A stretch of 64,000 nucleotides of DNA, taken from contig OZ242320.1 in the NCBI GenBank assembly GCA_965208125.1, forward strand, positions 5,088,001 to 5,152,000. Direction: 5' to 3'. The stretch comes from Candidatus Latescibacterota bacterium. Lineage in GTDB: Bacteria; Latescibacterota; UBA2968. Below, one piece after another: positions 38,401-47,361 of the stretch (positions are counted from its first letter, which is position 1; every line of letters starts with the position of its first letter). The translations under genes were made by a program, and so were the position numbers. The notes beneath the pieces were generated by a model. That model saw nothing but the letters and a program-made list of their open reading frames with translations, was not told the origin of the DNA and made no database searches.

Positions 38401-38633
38401 AGTGTATATTCGGTTTCCGTCTCAATCAGTTGCGCCGTAGGAGTCGCATAAGGGCGTCTTTGGGGAAAATAAGAAGTGGTTCCAGGAGTATCCCGCAAAA
38501 AGGCTTCAAGCGTTGACACACCTATTTGCGGGCGCAAACCCGGCGTGGCAAGAGCAATACTCGGGCAGAGCAACGCGAGAGAAAACAAAACACTGAGGAC
38601 ACGCGACCACAGGTGAATGTAAATAAACTTCAT
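32439..38633 (-). CDS. sprA: SprA/Sov-like type IX secretion outer-membrane translocon
   Basis: About 2060 aa with signal peptide; VEGTIGDRI, IEAGNTSL.LP, GLFGIK, WRNVYSLG, DYTINYQIG, AYIDDFEG, DTEDLNGNG.LD, IWIDELRV, C-terminal beta-strands. Start placed at ATG 38633. Confidence 0.85.
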   Translation of the reverse strand: MKFIYIHLWSRVLSVLFSLALLCPSIALATPGLRPQIGVSTLEAFLRDTPGTTSYFPQRRPYATPTAQLIETETEYTLMVFRDLGGAPYGLPVIISLSDFMRYKFHHDTRRLALERLGGRMDDDREGEGLIDVKIPIRVPQRLSAITGEGAANLTIRGHRRIELSGLSQYTLGEAQAIHTRTSRFPTINFEQEAQLTVEGTIGDRIMVSLEQNSERQGFDLAEGLRLQYTGDEDGIIETIEAGNTSLALPGTRLIGFSGGNRGGLFGIKTRGRVGAINFTVVTSQDKSSSDRQTFTGQGQERSDEIHDYRYVENTYFFLDNAYRENFRNGWLPAPGDLVNEQSVRIFINDYNAQNDLEDSAIPGVAYFAWNNGAPDEAASRGVDKGVEEGTFHELDPTDFTALPEGYLIHDRGQISRGYTLAVAYQTASGENFGDIQFIPEPGNPDKKIQLKLIKARQQRPTDPTWRLAWRNVYSLGGRNIDQTGLFVDIYRKVPGESEQNNQEGMPFLQIFGLDRHTNRSSESSPPDGLIDIGTGNQIPGLNLPRGHLVFPFLEPFGEEGLGAPDLEVRVPGIYNETNVTNRQEAGRYVIRVRSTSKSTEFNLGGFAGLVQDSEVVRLNNRTLRRDEDYTINYQIGRLKFIGEAEDLVADPSSELDISYQTKNPFGGLGQSSKSLLGLRLERPFDDQYSLIGMTLLYGSQSTATPRVRVGQEPTRTILWDANARFRMQPKLLSDLVNSIPLVNTQAPSSIDMDFEIAQSLPNPNTKNVAYIDDFEGVLKSTPLGIGKIGWNRASVPVRNNGSLTLPQGRLTWYNPIDRDRASLSRIWPARTDITAEQDIVDVLRLRFDPARSNGFPIRSQNNERGIPQQSWAGIMRYVDIPDLSRSKFLELWIRGDDGHLHIDLGDVSERVLLPLDHPMYNDPDDRERFPSGFRTEDKPIGGLLTGDDIVVEEEDIGLDGLTDAEEAEVFRKIFPGVTVPSDPSGDNFEDVDQNTTDILRRYPSGLNGTEGNRAERQSRPDTEDLNGNGFLDQRESFIRYSVDLSSNRGVSPVSGTFTGPSTLVPGTESNLFPEGVTDPPWRLLRIPLKGQDAPRTFEGSPDTTFASAISFVRVWLEHNDTTSVEIYTFGATGSEWQEDPVAVGQSSGDFQVSTIGTNNPLYKSPPGLDEEIDPTTGIRLSENSLVLEFVDLYPGESISASRSFANGENYTEYGVMTLFLHGGNPADPTYNTNFLDAVDSVSTGPSPIEFFMRFSPINDDSLNFYEYRSRVYRGWAEETNTVRLDLEIMSQLKGQLLDLQSIEQASDTVSVSLRDGDFLAQYDQEGSRIEIDVDGRTYIVRGNPALSAISAFTMGIRNRGDEILMGENEIWIDELRVDEIRKKPALSALADTRITLADLGNLTVNLERRSGDFQDLQGRALGNTTTRFNFDSQLNIDKFFPKEWNTSIPARFSYNRFTSSPRIRPGSDIVLTPEQKINESDIRSQTRFTISLRKRPAREDPSLLSRIFFDKASTSLNYSSDASTTGAITQRRRSQNENLNGNMTYNQAWSQRKAFAIFKWLPFYKPLKEAQFFYLPTSINYNLRFNRGVSDQTSFRAIAGDTSNVIDTVRETFNLTESYAIKLSPFRSLNADYSLTINRDLRNGYALTQLQFGREISRNQSLNLRFTPRFSNWITVNPSYSASYTDRFEIGGERVQYGSIRRGLTVNSQQTANARVNLNLPGLFQRWTRRSGKDGGFSILEWVGKVGGRLQNVTSSVSQNKSNNLFGLTARPSLAYQFGFQDTVQVPIVTTSSGTRTNAINVRRQTQVSSGIRLPLGLNFNTSANYSENERTGNTLGKDDQVVFPKFDASWRGLERVPLIGWFWDNSNASFGYQESRTRRGDGSLSLSPLYLTSDAKEISFNPLFQWSARWKGAVNTTFSRRQSSNDEIRYQRNVTVDTTSVQPTLADRLLGTTLTESGSLQADVRYSLRGRLQRNLDLTLSFSNTFNRQTEMPRSAEPDVPAEPITRQDSTSWSVSLGTQYNFSSRFTGGTTFRHERRIDHLRDGLTNVTWDFRFWGEIGFQ

Positions 38634-38699
38634 AAGGGCTTTGGGAAACAGTCGGAAAGTTGTATTAAGGAGCGGGTGATAGGTCATTGAACAAAGTAC

Positions 38700-38727
38700 A
38701 TAATAGCACAAGCCACATGAAAGTCAA
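38700..38727 (-). promoter_or_regulatory. Putative sigma70 promoter of the sprA operon
   Basis: Minus strand TTGACT, 16 bp, TATTAT with extended TG. It overlaps the longest-ORF start, which supports the downstream start. Confidence 0.45.
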
Positions 38728-38845
38728 GGTAAAATCCGCAGAAATTGGCAGGAAATAAACATCGGTAAGCGCGTCTTTTTTTTGAAGATAAAAAGCCGTA
38801 TATTTCGTTGAATCGTTAAACTCATTTTTTTAAAAAAGGTTCCTC

Positions 38846-40120
38846 ATGCGCTTGCGTCGGTATGTGCTATCCGAACTGATGATGCCATTTTTATTTAGTT
38901 TTTCCGTTATCATCTTTCTTCTGGTCATCGATCTCATTTTGCAAATGCTCGATCGAATTCTGGGAAAAGGCGTACCCATAGGTGTGGTTTTTGAGTTGTT
39001 TTTTTTAAACACGGCCTGGATGATTGCCCTCGCCGTTCCGATGGCTGTGCTGGTCAGTACCCTGCTGGCATTTGGACGCTTGAGTGCCGCGGGCGAAATT
39101 GTGGCCCTGCGTGCATTGGGCATTGGAATTCACCAGGTTGTCATGCCGGTTTTGCTCGTCGCCGCACTGCTGGGAACTGGGCTGGTGGTTTTTAATGACC
39201 GCGTGTTGCCCGAATTTAATCACCGCGCCCGCGTGTTGATGACAGACATTCACCGCAAACGCCCCGCGGTCGCGCTGACCGACAAGGCCGGGGTAATGAT
39301 TGGCGATTTCAAAAACTACCAGATTTTGTTTGATCGCGCCGATACAGGTGGCAATATTCTTTACGACTTGCTGGTATATAGCTTTAATAGCAATGGGTTT
39401 CCCGAAACAGCGGTTGCCGATTCGGGCGTTGTCGAATTTGACGAAGCGAGAGACGAAGCCCTGCTCTATCTTTTTAATGGGGAAATGCACCGCATTGATC
39501 CAGACGACCCCACAGTCTATGCGCTCACGACATTTGCCAAAGCCAGATTGCGGCTCGGAGATGCGGGCCAACAGCTATCGAGGTCTTCATCGGCATATCG
39601 CAATGATCGAGAAATGGATATCGCCACCATGCAGCATAAAATCTCTCAGTATGAAAGCGAATTACATCAGGCGAAGGTCAAAAGGGCGAACCTTTTAGGC
39701 GCGTTTGTGCGCGAGGTATTAATAGATTCTGCAGATACAAAACCCGTGCAGTCGCTGCGCGCTGTATTGGGGCGCATAGCAGCCGATACGCGGATTGAAC
39801 GCCATAAGTCGAGAGCCGCAGACCGATTGCGCGTGGAAGTACACAAGAAATTTTCAATTCCCGCAGCCTGTGTGGCATTTGTACTGGTGGGCGCGCCTAT
39901 CGGCGTGTGGGCGCGCAGCAGCAGTGCGGCAATTGGCGCGGCGATTAGCATTGGCTTTTTTTTAGTCTGGTGGATCTTTCTTATCGGTGGTGAAAAATTG
40001 GCTGACCGGGGTGTACTCATGCCCTGGTTGGCGATGTGGATGCCCAATGTATTGACCGTCCTCATCGGCGCAGTTCTATCTGCGCGAATTATCTGTGAGT
40101 GGAGCATAAAAAGGAGATAA
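38846..40120 (+). CDS. lptF: LPS export ABC permease LptF
   Basis: LRRYVLSEL..PF, LAVPMAVL..TLLAFGRL...GEIVALRALG, VEVHKKFSIPAAC, AMWMPN. Confidence 0.88.
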   Translation: MRLRRYVLSELMMPFLFSFSVIIFLLVIDLILQMLDRILGKGVPIGVVFELFFLNTAWMIALAVPMAVLVSTLLAFGRLSAAGEIVALRALGIGIHQVVMPVLLVAALLGTGLVVFNDRVLPEFNHRARVLMTDIHRKRPAVALTDKAGVMIGDFKNYQILFDRADTGGNILYDLLVYSFNSNGFPETAVADSGVVEFDEARDEALLYLFNGEMHRIDPDDPTVYALTTFAKARLRLGDAGQQLSRSSSAYRNDREMDIATMQHKISQYESELHQAKVKRANLLGAFVREVLIDSADTKPVQSLRAVLGRIAADTRIERHKSRAADRLRVEVHKKFSIPAACVAFVLVGAPIGVWARSSSAAIGAAISIGFFLVWWIFLIGGEKLADRGVLMPWLAMWMPNVLTVLIGAVLSARIICEWSIKRR

Positions 40121-40122
40121 CC

Positions 40123-41193
40123 GTGCGTATTTTAAGCCGCTATGTCGTCGCCCAATTTGCAATGCCCTTTGGCGTCAGTTTGCTGGCTTTTGCCGTTGTT
40201 TTTGTCGTAATTGATCTGGTGGATCGCCTCAGCGCATTCATAGACAGAGAAGTTGGACTGGGAACAATTGTATCTTATTATCTCTGCTATCTGCCCTATA
40301 TTGTCGTCCTCGTACTTCCAATGGCGGTCTTGCTCGCGGGGCTGTTCTGTATGGGCGGGCTGATACAGCGCGGGGAATTGCTGGCAATGAAAAGTGCCGG
40401 CATAAGTCTTTATCAAGTCGTGATTCCATTGCAAATGCTGGCTCTTGGGATCAGTCTTTTGGCCGCTGCGATGGCCGATCAAGTCGTGCCGCGAGCAAAT
40501 CGGGCGCGATCAAAAATTGAACAACCGCGCCAATCGTCAATCGGGCCTCAGTCCATCCGCGTACAGGTCGCGCTGAGAGATACGGGCAGACGCGTTTTGT
40601 CAATGGTAGAATACGACGCCACGGCTATGAAAGGGCGGCAGGTGGTCCTCGACAAACATGAAGGCGGGGCGCTCACAGAGCGCGTTCGCGCCGAAGAGGC
40701 AGTTTGGGCCGCCTCAGAATGGCATTTTATTAACGGCGACCGGCGCGTATTTTCAGATGGAAAAGAATTTTATCGCACATTTCGCGTGTGGGCGGCAAAA
40801 GATGTGACCCTGACGCCCGAAGACCTCGTCCGCGATGTCGTGCCCGAAGATCAGATGACGTATTCCGAACTAACGGACTTTATCCATCGCAAATCGCGTA
40901 ACGGCAGTCAGACACTTCGAGAATCTGTAGCACTTCACATGCGTTTGGCATTTCCATTTGCAAACTTCGTTATTGCCCTTTTTGGCCTGCCTCTGGCCTC
41001 TCGCATGCAGCGGACGGGACGCCCCATTCAAATTGGCATGTGCTTGCTCATCTGCTTTGCATTTTACGGATGTGTTCAACTCGGGCGCGCTATGGGATGG
41101 AACGACGTCGTATCCCCTGCCTGGGGCGCATGGGGAGCAAATGCGATCTTTGGCGCGATCGGGATAATCACGCTTCTCACAACGCGCAAATAG
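40123..41193 (+). CDS. lptG: LPS export ABC permease LptG
   Basis: GTG start after AAGGAG; ILSRYV, GELLAMKSAGIS, RLAFPFANF, AWGAN. Confidence 0.88.
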   Translation: MRILSRYVVAQFAMPFGVSLLAFAVVFVVIDLVDRLSAFIDREVGLGTIVSYYLCYLPYIVVLVLPMAVLLAGLFCMGGLIQRGELLAMKSAGISLYQVVIPLQMLALGISLLAAAMADQVVPRANRARSKIEQPRQSSIGPQSIRVQVALRDTGRRVLSMVEYDATAMKGRQVVLDKHEGGALTERVRAEEAVWAASEWHFINGDRRVFSDGKEFYRTFRVWAAKDVTLTPEDLVRDVVPEDQMTYSELTDFIHRKSRNGSQTLRESVALHMRLAFPFANFVIALFGLPLASRMQRTGRPIQIGMCLLICFAFYGCVQLGRAMGWNDVVSPAWGAWGANAIFGAIGIITLLTTRK

Positions 41194-41292
41194 GGGCTTT
41201 GGTGGCCCTCTTACCTCTGTGTCCTGCGTCTCACCGCTTTTGGGAGGCTGGGGGTAATCCTGTACATCCTTTAATCCTGGGAGTCCTGATCC

Positions 41293-42750
41293 ATGTCTGA
41301 AAAATACAATATTCTCCTGATGATCTCCGATCAACACAGCAAATATCACATTGGTGCTTACGGGGATCCCCTCGTGCGCACGCCCCATCTCGACCAACTC
41401 GCAGAAAACGGTATGCGCTTTACCAGTGCGTATTGCGCCTCACCCGTTTGCGTGCCCAGCCGCATGTCCTTTATGACGTGCCGCATGCCTTCGGCCAATC
41501 GCGTGTGGAATAACAGCCACCTGCTGCATTCAGGTATTCCCACCTGGGCACATGCCATGGGACTCGCCGGGTATGAAACATCGCTTATTGGGCGGATGCA
41601 CTTCAACGGACACGACCAGCGACACGGCTTTGAAAATCGCCCCTTCGGCGAATACGGTGCCACACATCCGGGTGCAAACAGGCAGGGCGCGCCCCTCTTT
41701 AAAAGCATTTCAACGGCGACCACCGGACAAAATCGCACAGCTGTCGAAGTCGCCGGACGGGGATATGGCTCGTATCACGTCTTTGACGAAATGGTCGCGG
41801 AAAGAACCAGTGCGTATCTGCGCGACAAAGCGAAAAATCCAGGCAATCTCCCCTTCGCTGCCGTGGCGGGATTTCTTTTACCTCACTGTCCCTTTATCGC
41901 GCACAAAGAGCTTTTTGATTATTACTACGACCGCGTCGATATCCCCCAACACACGCCCAATGAACCCGGAGCCATTCGCAAATTCAAACAGCTTCGCGGC
42001 CTCTATCCCCCCCTCGATGAAGAACGCATCCGCGTTGCCCGCGCCGCTTATTTTGGCATGTGCGAATACCTCGACCTGCAAATCGGGCGCATCCTTCAGA
42101 CTCTGCGAGAAACGGGCCTTGACCGCAACACGCTGGTCATTTATTGCTCGGACCACGGCGAAATGGCCGGGGAACACGGCTGCTGGTGGAAAAGCAGTTA
42201 TTACGAAGGCTCTGTCGGCGTCCCCCTCATCGCAAGCCTCCCCGGCGTAATCGCCCCAAATGAGGAAAGCAACCAGATATGTAATCTGATGGACATTGGC
42301 CCTACCCTGCTCGACATAGCAGATGAAAATCCCATGCCGGACATTCACGGACACTCGCTCTGGCCGCTGCTCTCGGGGCGAGATGCTGGCGATCACCCCA
42401 ATGAAACATTCAGCGAACACCTGGGGATAGAACGCACACCCTCGTGTATGATTCGAACTGGACCCTGGAAATGTTACACATATCACGACGATACCGCGCC
42501 CGTCCTCTACAACCTCAAAGACGATCCCGATGAAATGCACAATCTGGGCAGCGATCCTAATTATGAACACATCCGCGACCACCTCATATCCCGCATTTTT
42601 GAACACTGGGATCCCGAGTATGTACTCAGAGAAAGCGCGGATATTGATCGCGATATACGCCTGATTACCCGCTGGGGGCAAGCCATTCAACCCACCCTGC
42701 CCGACAGCGTTCCGGTGCCCGACGATGCCGAAGATATTGAATGTCTGTGA
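41293..42750 (+). CDS. Sulfatase (choline sulfatase-like, Cys-type), no signal peptide
   Basis: NILLMISDQH, SPVCVPSRMSFMT, GRMH, SDHGEM. Confidence 0.92.
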   Translation: MSEKYNILLMISDQHSKYHIGAYGDPLVRTPHLDQLAENGMRFTSAYCASPVCVPSRMSFMTCRMPSANRVWNNSHLLHSGIPTWAHAMGLAGYETSLIGRMHFNGHDQRHGFENRPFGEYGATHPGANRQGAPLFKSISTATTGQNRTAVEVAGRGYGSYHVFDEMVAERTSAYLRDKAKNPGNLPFAAVAGFLLPHCPFIAHKELFDYYYDRVDIPQHTPNEPGAIRKFKQLRGLYPPLDEERIRVARAAYFGMCEYLDLQIGRILQTLRETGLDRNTLVIYCSDHGEMAGEHGCWWKSSYYEGSVGVPLIASLPGVIAPNEESNQICNLMDIGPTLLDIADENPMPDIHGHSLWPLLSGRDAGDHPNETFSEHLGIERTPSCMIRTGPWKCYTYHDDTAPVLYNLKDDPDEMHNLGSDPNYEHIRDHLISRIFEHWDPEYVLRESADIDRDIRLITRWGQAIQPTLPDSVPVPDDAEDIECL

Positions 42751-42942
42751 AGCGAGAGACTGGGGGCTGGGCAGCTGAGACTGGTGGGTTAGGGTGATTG
42801 GGACTGACGACTGACTATTTTTATTTTAAGTGACAAATGCTGCTTTTTTACTTTACTTAACATCCCGAAATTATTCGCTATCGCATTATACCATCTTTTT
42901 CGCTGAATAGCTCTTCGAGCTATTTTTACAGAGGGCATATTT

Positions 42943-45750
42943 ATGCAACGCAAGTTTTTAATCCCAACCATATTTGTCATTGTCATCGGGTTCGCGTGGT
43001 TATCATCCTATTATACCGACTGGCTGTGGTTCTCGAGTCTCGATTTTCAGGCTGTCTTCTGGACCACCCTGAAAGCGCGTTTTCTATCCGGCATATTTTA
43101 CGGTCTTATTGCCGCTATAGTCATTGGTATCAACCTCCATTATGTCGGTCGCTTCACCCGCTCCGCGCTGGAAGCAGATGCCTCACTTTACGAAGGTGAA
43201 ATGCCCGGCGCGAGCCTGTTGCGCTCAAATACTGGCTATATGTTAATCGCCGCTGTCCTCGTCCTCATTATGGGCAATGTCGGATCTTCCCAGTGGCCCA
43301 CCCTGTTGCGTTACTGGTATGGCGGATCATTTGGCACTTCCGATCCCATCTTTGGACGCGACGTTGGATTTTATGTCTTTGATTTGCCCTTTTACCAGTT
43401 TACAGTCGGTTTTCTCATCGGCACAGTAATCGTATCAGCCCTGGCATCAGGGGTTATTTACATGGCCACAGGCGGTATTCGCTTGCAGGAACGCATTCAG
43501 GTCATGCCGCGCCCCGTCGCACACCTGTCTGCCCTTGCCGGGCTATTCTTGCTGTTTTCGGCTATCAATTATTACCTCAAAATCTACGGCTTACTCTATT
43601 CTCCGGGCGACGTCTTTTTCGGTGCAGGATTTGTAGATGTCAACGTTCAACGCTGGATATACTGGCTCCTCATCATTGCCTTTGTCGCGACTGGCATCAT
43701 GCTCTTGCGAAATATCAAAGCACGTGAAGCGCGCCCGCTTCTCATCGGTGTTGGCGTCTTTCTCATTGGGACCATAGGGCTGGGCAGTATCCCGGGTGCA
43801 ATTGTGCAAAAACTCATCGTAGATCCCACCGAACTCCAGCGCGAAACCCCTTACATCAAGAATAACATCGACTTTACGCGAAAAGCTTACGCGCTCGACA
43901 GGATTGTGGAACAACCCTTTGAAGCATCCGAGAACCTCACCGCAGCGGACATCGCCGCCAATCCTTTGACCATTCGCAACATCCGCATCTGGGATGAGCG
44001 CCCAATGGTGCAAACCTATCAGCAGGTCCAGGAAATTCGTCCCTATTATGTCTTTCCCAGCGTTGATGTTGACCGCTACACTGTTGACGGTGTATATCGA
44101 CAGGTCATGCTCTCGGGGCGCGAACTCGACACCAATCGCCTGCCAGCTCAGGCGCGCAATTGGGTCAATGAAACCCTGCAATACACACACGGATACGGCG
44201 TTGCCATGAGCCCGGTTACGCACGTCACTCCCGAGGGCTTGCCCGCGTTTATGATCAAAGATATCCCCCCAGTAGCCGACGCGGCAGAGCTACAAATTTC
44301 CCGACCAGAAATCTACTATGGCGAACGCACCTACGGCAATGTAGTCGTCAAAACCAGTGCCGAAGAATTTGACTATCCCAAGCGCGATGGCAATGCGTTT
44401 ACCACCTACGAAGGCAATGGCGGGGTCCCCATGGGCAGTTTCATCAATCGTCTGGCATTTACCATTCGCATGATGGATCCCAATTTGCTCTTGAGTACCT
44501 ACATCTTACCTGAGAGCAAAATCATGTACCATCGGCAAATCGCCCAACGCGCACGCGAGATCGCGCCCTTTCTCTTCTTCGACTCCGATCCCTATCTCGT
44601 TATCTCCGAAGGCCGTCTATACTGGATCTTAGATGCGTACACAACCACCAACATGTATCCCTATTCCAAACGCATGGGGCGGTCGCAGATCAACTACATC
44701 CGCAACTCGGTCAAGGTCGTCATGGATGCCTATCACGGTTCTGTCACCTTTTATCAGGCCGAAGAAGAACCCGTGATTGCCGCTTATGCCGCGATGTTCC
44801 CCACCTTGTTCAAATCAATTGATACCATGCCTGCTGATTTGCGCGCCCATGTGCGGTATCCCGTTGACCTCTTCCGCATACAAGCGACGATGTATCGCGA
44901 ATATCACATGCAGGAAGTACAGGTATTTTACAACCAGGAAGACCTGTGGGAAATCCCAAATGAAATCTACGGCCAAAACGACCGCACACAACCGATGGAA
45001 CCGTATTATATCATCGTCAAATTCCCCGGTGAAGAACGCGAAGAATTTTTGCTGCTCGTGCCCTTCACGCCCGCAAAAAAGGACAACATGATCGGCTGGC
45101 TTGCCGCGCGATGCGACGGGGAAAACTACGGCGACTTGCTGGTCTATCTCCTGCCCAAAGAAAAACTCATCTTCGGTCCCATGCAACTCGAAGCCCGCAT
45201 CGATCAACAGCCAGATATATCGAGCCAACTCACCCTGTGGGGACAGGGCGGTTCCGAAGTCATTCGCGGCAACCTTTTGGCTGTGCCCATCGAATCATCT
45301 TTTCTATACGTTGAACCCATCTACCTGCAAGCCCGCCAGGAATCCAATCAATTGCCACAACAGGGCTTTGAGGGCGAAGGCGGTGGACAGCCTCAGCAAG
45401 GACAACCACCGCGTCAACTCCAGCAAAGCACGGCCATCCCCGAACTCAAGCAAGTCATCGTCGCATTTGGTGGGCAGGTTATCATGCGCGACACATTTGA
45501 ACAGGCACTCAACGAACTGTTTGGCTCTGGTGCGGGGAAAACCCTGGGGACTTCAAGTTCCGAAGAAATACCCGCGACAACATCAGAACAACCCACTGAA
45601 CGCACCGCAGCAGAATTGGCCTCAGAAGCAGATATGCAATTCCAGCGCGTGCGGGAATCGCTTCAAAAGTGGGATTGGACAACCGCGGGCGAAGCGATGA
45701 AGCAGTTGGAACAATCGATTCTCGAATTAAAAAAGACACTGGAGCAATAA
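42943..45750 (+). CDS. UPF0182 family membrane protein
   Basis: YTDWLWF, DPIFGRDVGFYVFDLPF, NIRIWD, DVDRY, YTHGYG, NYIRNSVK, VIRGNLL.VPI...LYVEPIYLQA, PELKQVIV. Confidence 0.93.
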   Translation: MQRKFLIPTIFVIVIGFAWLSSYYTDWLWFSSLDFQAVFWTTLKARFLSGIFYGLIAAIVIGINLHYVGRFTRSALEADASLYEGEMPGASLLRSNTGYMLIAAVLVLIMGNVGSSQWPTLLRYWYGGSFGTSDPIFGRDVGFYVFDLPFYQFTVGFLIGTVIVSALASGVIYMATGGIRLQERIQVMPRPVAHLSALAGLFLLFSAINYYLKIYGLLYSPGDVFFGAGFVDVNVQRWIYWLLIIAFVATGIMLLRNIKAREARPLLIGVGVFLIGTIGLGSIPGAIVQKLIVDPTELQRETPYIKNNIDFTRKAYALDRIVEQPFEASENLTAADIAANPLTIRNIRIWDERPMVQTYQQVQEIRPYYVFPSVDVDRYTVDGVYRQVMLSGRELDTNRLPAQARNWVNETLQYTHGYGVAMSPVTHVTPEGLPAFMIKDIPPVADAAELQISRPEIYYGERTYGNVVVKTSAEEFDYPKRDGNAFTTYEGNGGVPMGSFINRLAFTIRMMDPNLLLSTYILPESKIMYHRQIAQRAREIAPFLFFDSDPYLVISEGRLYWILDAYTTTNMYPYSKRMGRSQINYIRNSVKVVMDAYHGSVTFYQAEEEPVIAAYAAMFPTLFKSIDTMPADLRAHVRYPVDLFRIQATMYREYHMQEVQVFYNQEDLWEIPNEIYGQNDRTQPMEPYYIIVKFPGEEREEFLLLVPFTPAKKDNMIGWLAARCDGENYGDLLVYLLPKEKLIFGPMQLEARIDQQPDISSQLTLWGQGGSEVIRGNLLAVPIESSFLYVEPIYLQARQESNQLPQQGFEGEGGGQPQQGQPPRQLQQSTAIPELKQVIVAFGGQVIMRDTFEQALNELFGSGAGKTLGTSSSEEIPATTSEQPTERTAAELASEADMQFQRVRESLQKWDWTTAGEAMKQLEQSILELKKTLEQ

Positions 45751-45841
45751 TCGCCCCAGTCCATTTTTCCCGATTTAAACATGGATAGACTGGATTATTC
45801 GGTCTATCCGTGTTTTTTAGGGCTTTACAGAAAGGAAAAAA

Positions 45842-46819
45842 ATGGCCGTAAAAGTAGGATTCATCGGAACTGGCGGCATATCGCGCCCCCACCGCAAACA
45901 TCTCAAAAATATGGATGACGTAGAAGTGGTGGCAATGTGCGATCTGGAAGAAGACCGCGTCGCAGAAGCCGCTGAAGAATGGAATGCAGCTATCTATACA
46001 GATTACATAACAATGCTCGAAAACGAAGAAATGGACGCGCTATACGTGTGCATTCCGCCCTTTGCACACGAAGATCAGGAAATCATAGCCGCCGAAAAAG
46101 GCATTGCCCTCTTCGTGGAAAAACCCGTATCTGTCACAATGGAAAAAGCCCGAGAAGTCGATGCGGCCATTCGGAAAAACAACGTCGTATCGTGCGTTGG
46201 ATTTCAAGGGCGCTATTTGGATATTATCGCACAGACCAAAGACCTGCTCAAAGACCGTCCCGTTGGTATGGCAATGGGATACTGGATGGGCGGGATGCCA
46301 CAAGTGCCCTGGTGGCGGCGCAAAGAAATGTCGGGCGGTCAAGCCGTTGAGCAAACCATTCACGTCACCGATATGGCGCGGTATCTCTTTGGCGACGTAA
46401 AATCCGTCTATGCGGCTGGACGCACGGGTTTAATGACCGACGTGCCCGACTACAACATCGAAGACAGCAGCGCAGCCACGCTCGTATTTAAAAGCGGCCT
46501 GGTCGCCACCATCTTCTCCGCGTGTTTTCTATCCGGGGGGCGAGGCAGAGGCGGCATTGACATCTTCACCAAAGACATGAACATCGAATATCGCGAGCGC
46601 AGATCTATCACGATCATTCAAGATGGCAATTCCGAACTGGTCGAAGTGCAAAACGATTACTGGCAAGATATGGACAATGACTTTATAGATGCCGTGCGAA
46701 AAGGCGACGACTCAGCACTCAAAACCACTTATTCCGATGCCGTCAAAACACAGGAAGTCGTCATGGCCGTAAACCGCTCAATAGAAACGGGCGAGGTGGT
46801 TCAGATAGCAGATATGTGA
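45842..46819 (+). CDS. Gfo/Idh/MocA oxidoreductase
   Basis: VGFIGTGGI, FVEKP, SGGQAVEQTIH..D. Confidence 0.92.
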   Translation: MAVKVGFIGTGGISRPHRKHLKNMDDVEVVAMCDLEEDRVAEAAEEWNAAIYTDYITMLENEEMDALYVCIPPFAHEDQEIIAAEKGIALFVEKPVSVTMEKAREVDAAIRKNNVVSCVGFQGRYLDIIAQTKDLLKDRPVGMAMGYWMGGMPQVPWWRRKEMSGGQAVEQTIHVTDMARYLFGDVKSVYAAGRTGLMTDVPDYNIEDSSAATLVFKSGLVATIFSACFLSGGRGRGGIDIFTKDMNIEYRERRSITIIQDGNSELVEVQNDYWQDMDNDFIDAVRKGDDSALKTTYSDAVKTQEVVMAVNRSIETGEVVQIADM

Positions 46820-46827
46820 GGTATAAA

Positions 46828-47331
46828 TCACCCATCTACAAAATCAGAAGACAAAACGCCTTTATAGGCTATACCAGTTTCTGGATCGCGGTACATTCGC
46901 AGGCGATAACCCGCGATACCCAATCCTTGAGCCTTCCAAAAAGACAGGGCATTCGGATTGTCTCGACGCACATTGAGATCCAATTGCCGAATGCCCTTCT
47001 CATCGAAGTATTCAAACATCCAGCCCGCCATTTTTGATCCATATCCTCTGCGCCGGTATTCCGCGGCGATATAAAAATCGTGAACATAGGCGGTCGTCCC
47101 TTCAATTTCAAAAGAGACAAATCCAATCGGCTGTTTCTCAATAAGCACCCAATGGGGATGCCGATTACCGCCCGCCCATGTAAACGTCTCCACAAAAAAA
47201 GAATCGCGCGCTTCCCGCGACTTACACACCGCTGCATCGGGCATTAAATCGCGCCAATAAGCCTCGGCCATTGCGCGGAATTGCTCACGCGCCTCAACGG
47301 GCACGGGTTCAATGTAAAAATCGCTCGCCAT
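46828..47331 (-). CDS. GNAT N-acetyltransferase
   Basis: FYIAAEYRRRGYGS (motif A), NPNALSFWKAQG. Confidence 0.85.
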   Translation of the reverse strand: MASDFYIEPVPVEAREQFRAMAEAYWRDLMPDAAVCKSREARDSFFVETFTWAGGNRHPHWVLIEKQPIGFVSFEIEGTTAYVHDFYIAAEYRRRGYGSKMAGWMFEYFDEKGIRQLDLNVRRDNPNALSFWKAQGLGIAGYRLRMYRDPETGIAYKGVLSSDFVDG

Positions 47332-47361
47332 AGCAATCCCGAAAGTCTATCCCTTCGCCTC

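Noticed and set aside
41878-42690. Long antisense or alternate-frame ORFs (this 270-aa one, 24216-24932, 20574-21293 and similar)
   Set aside because: They shadow well-supported genes and have no recognisable motifs.
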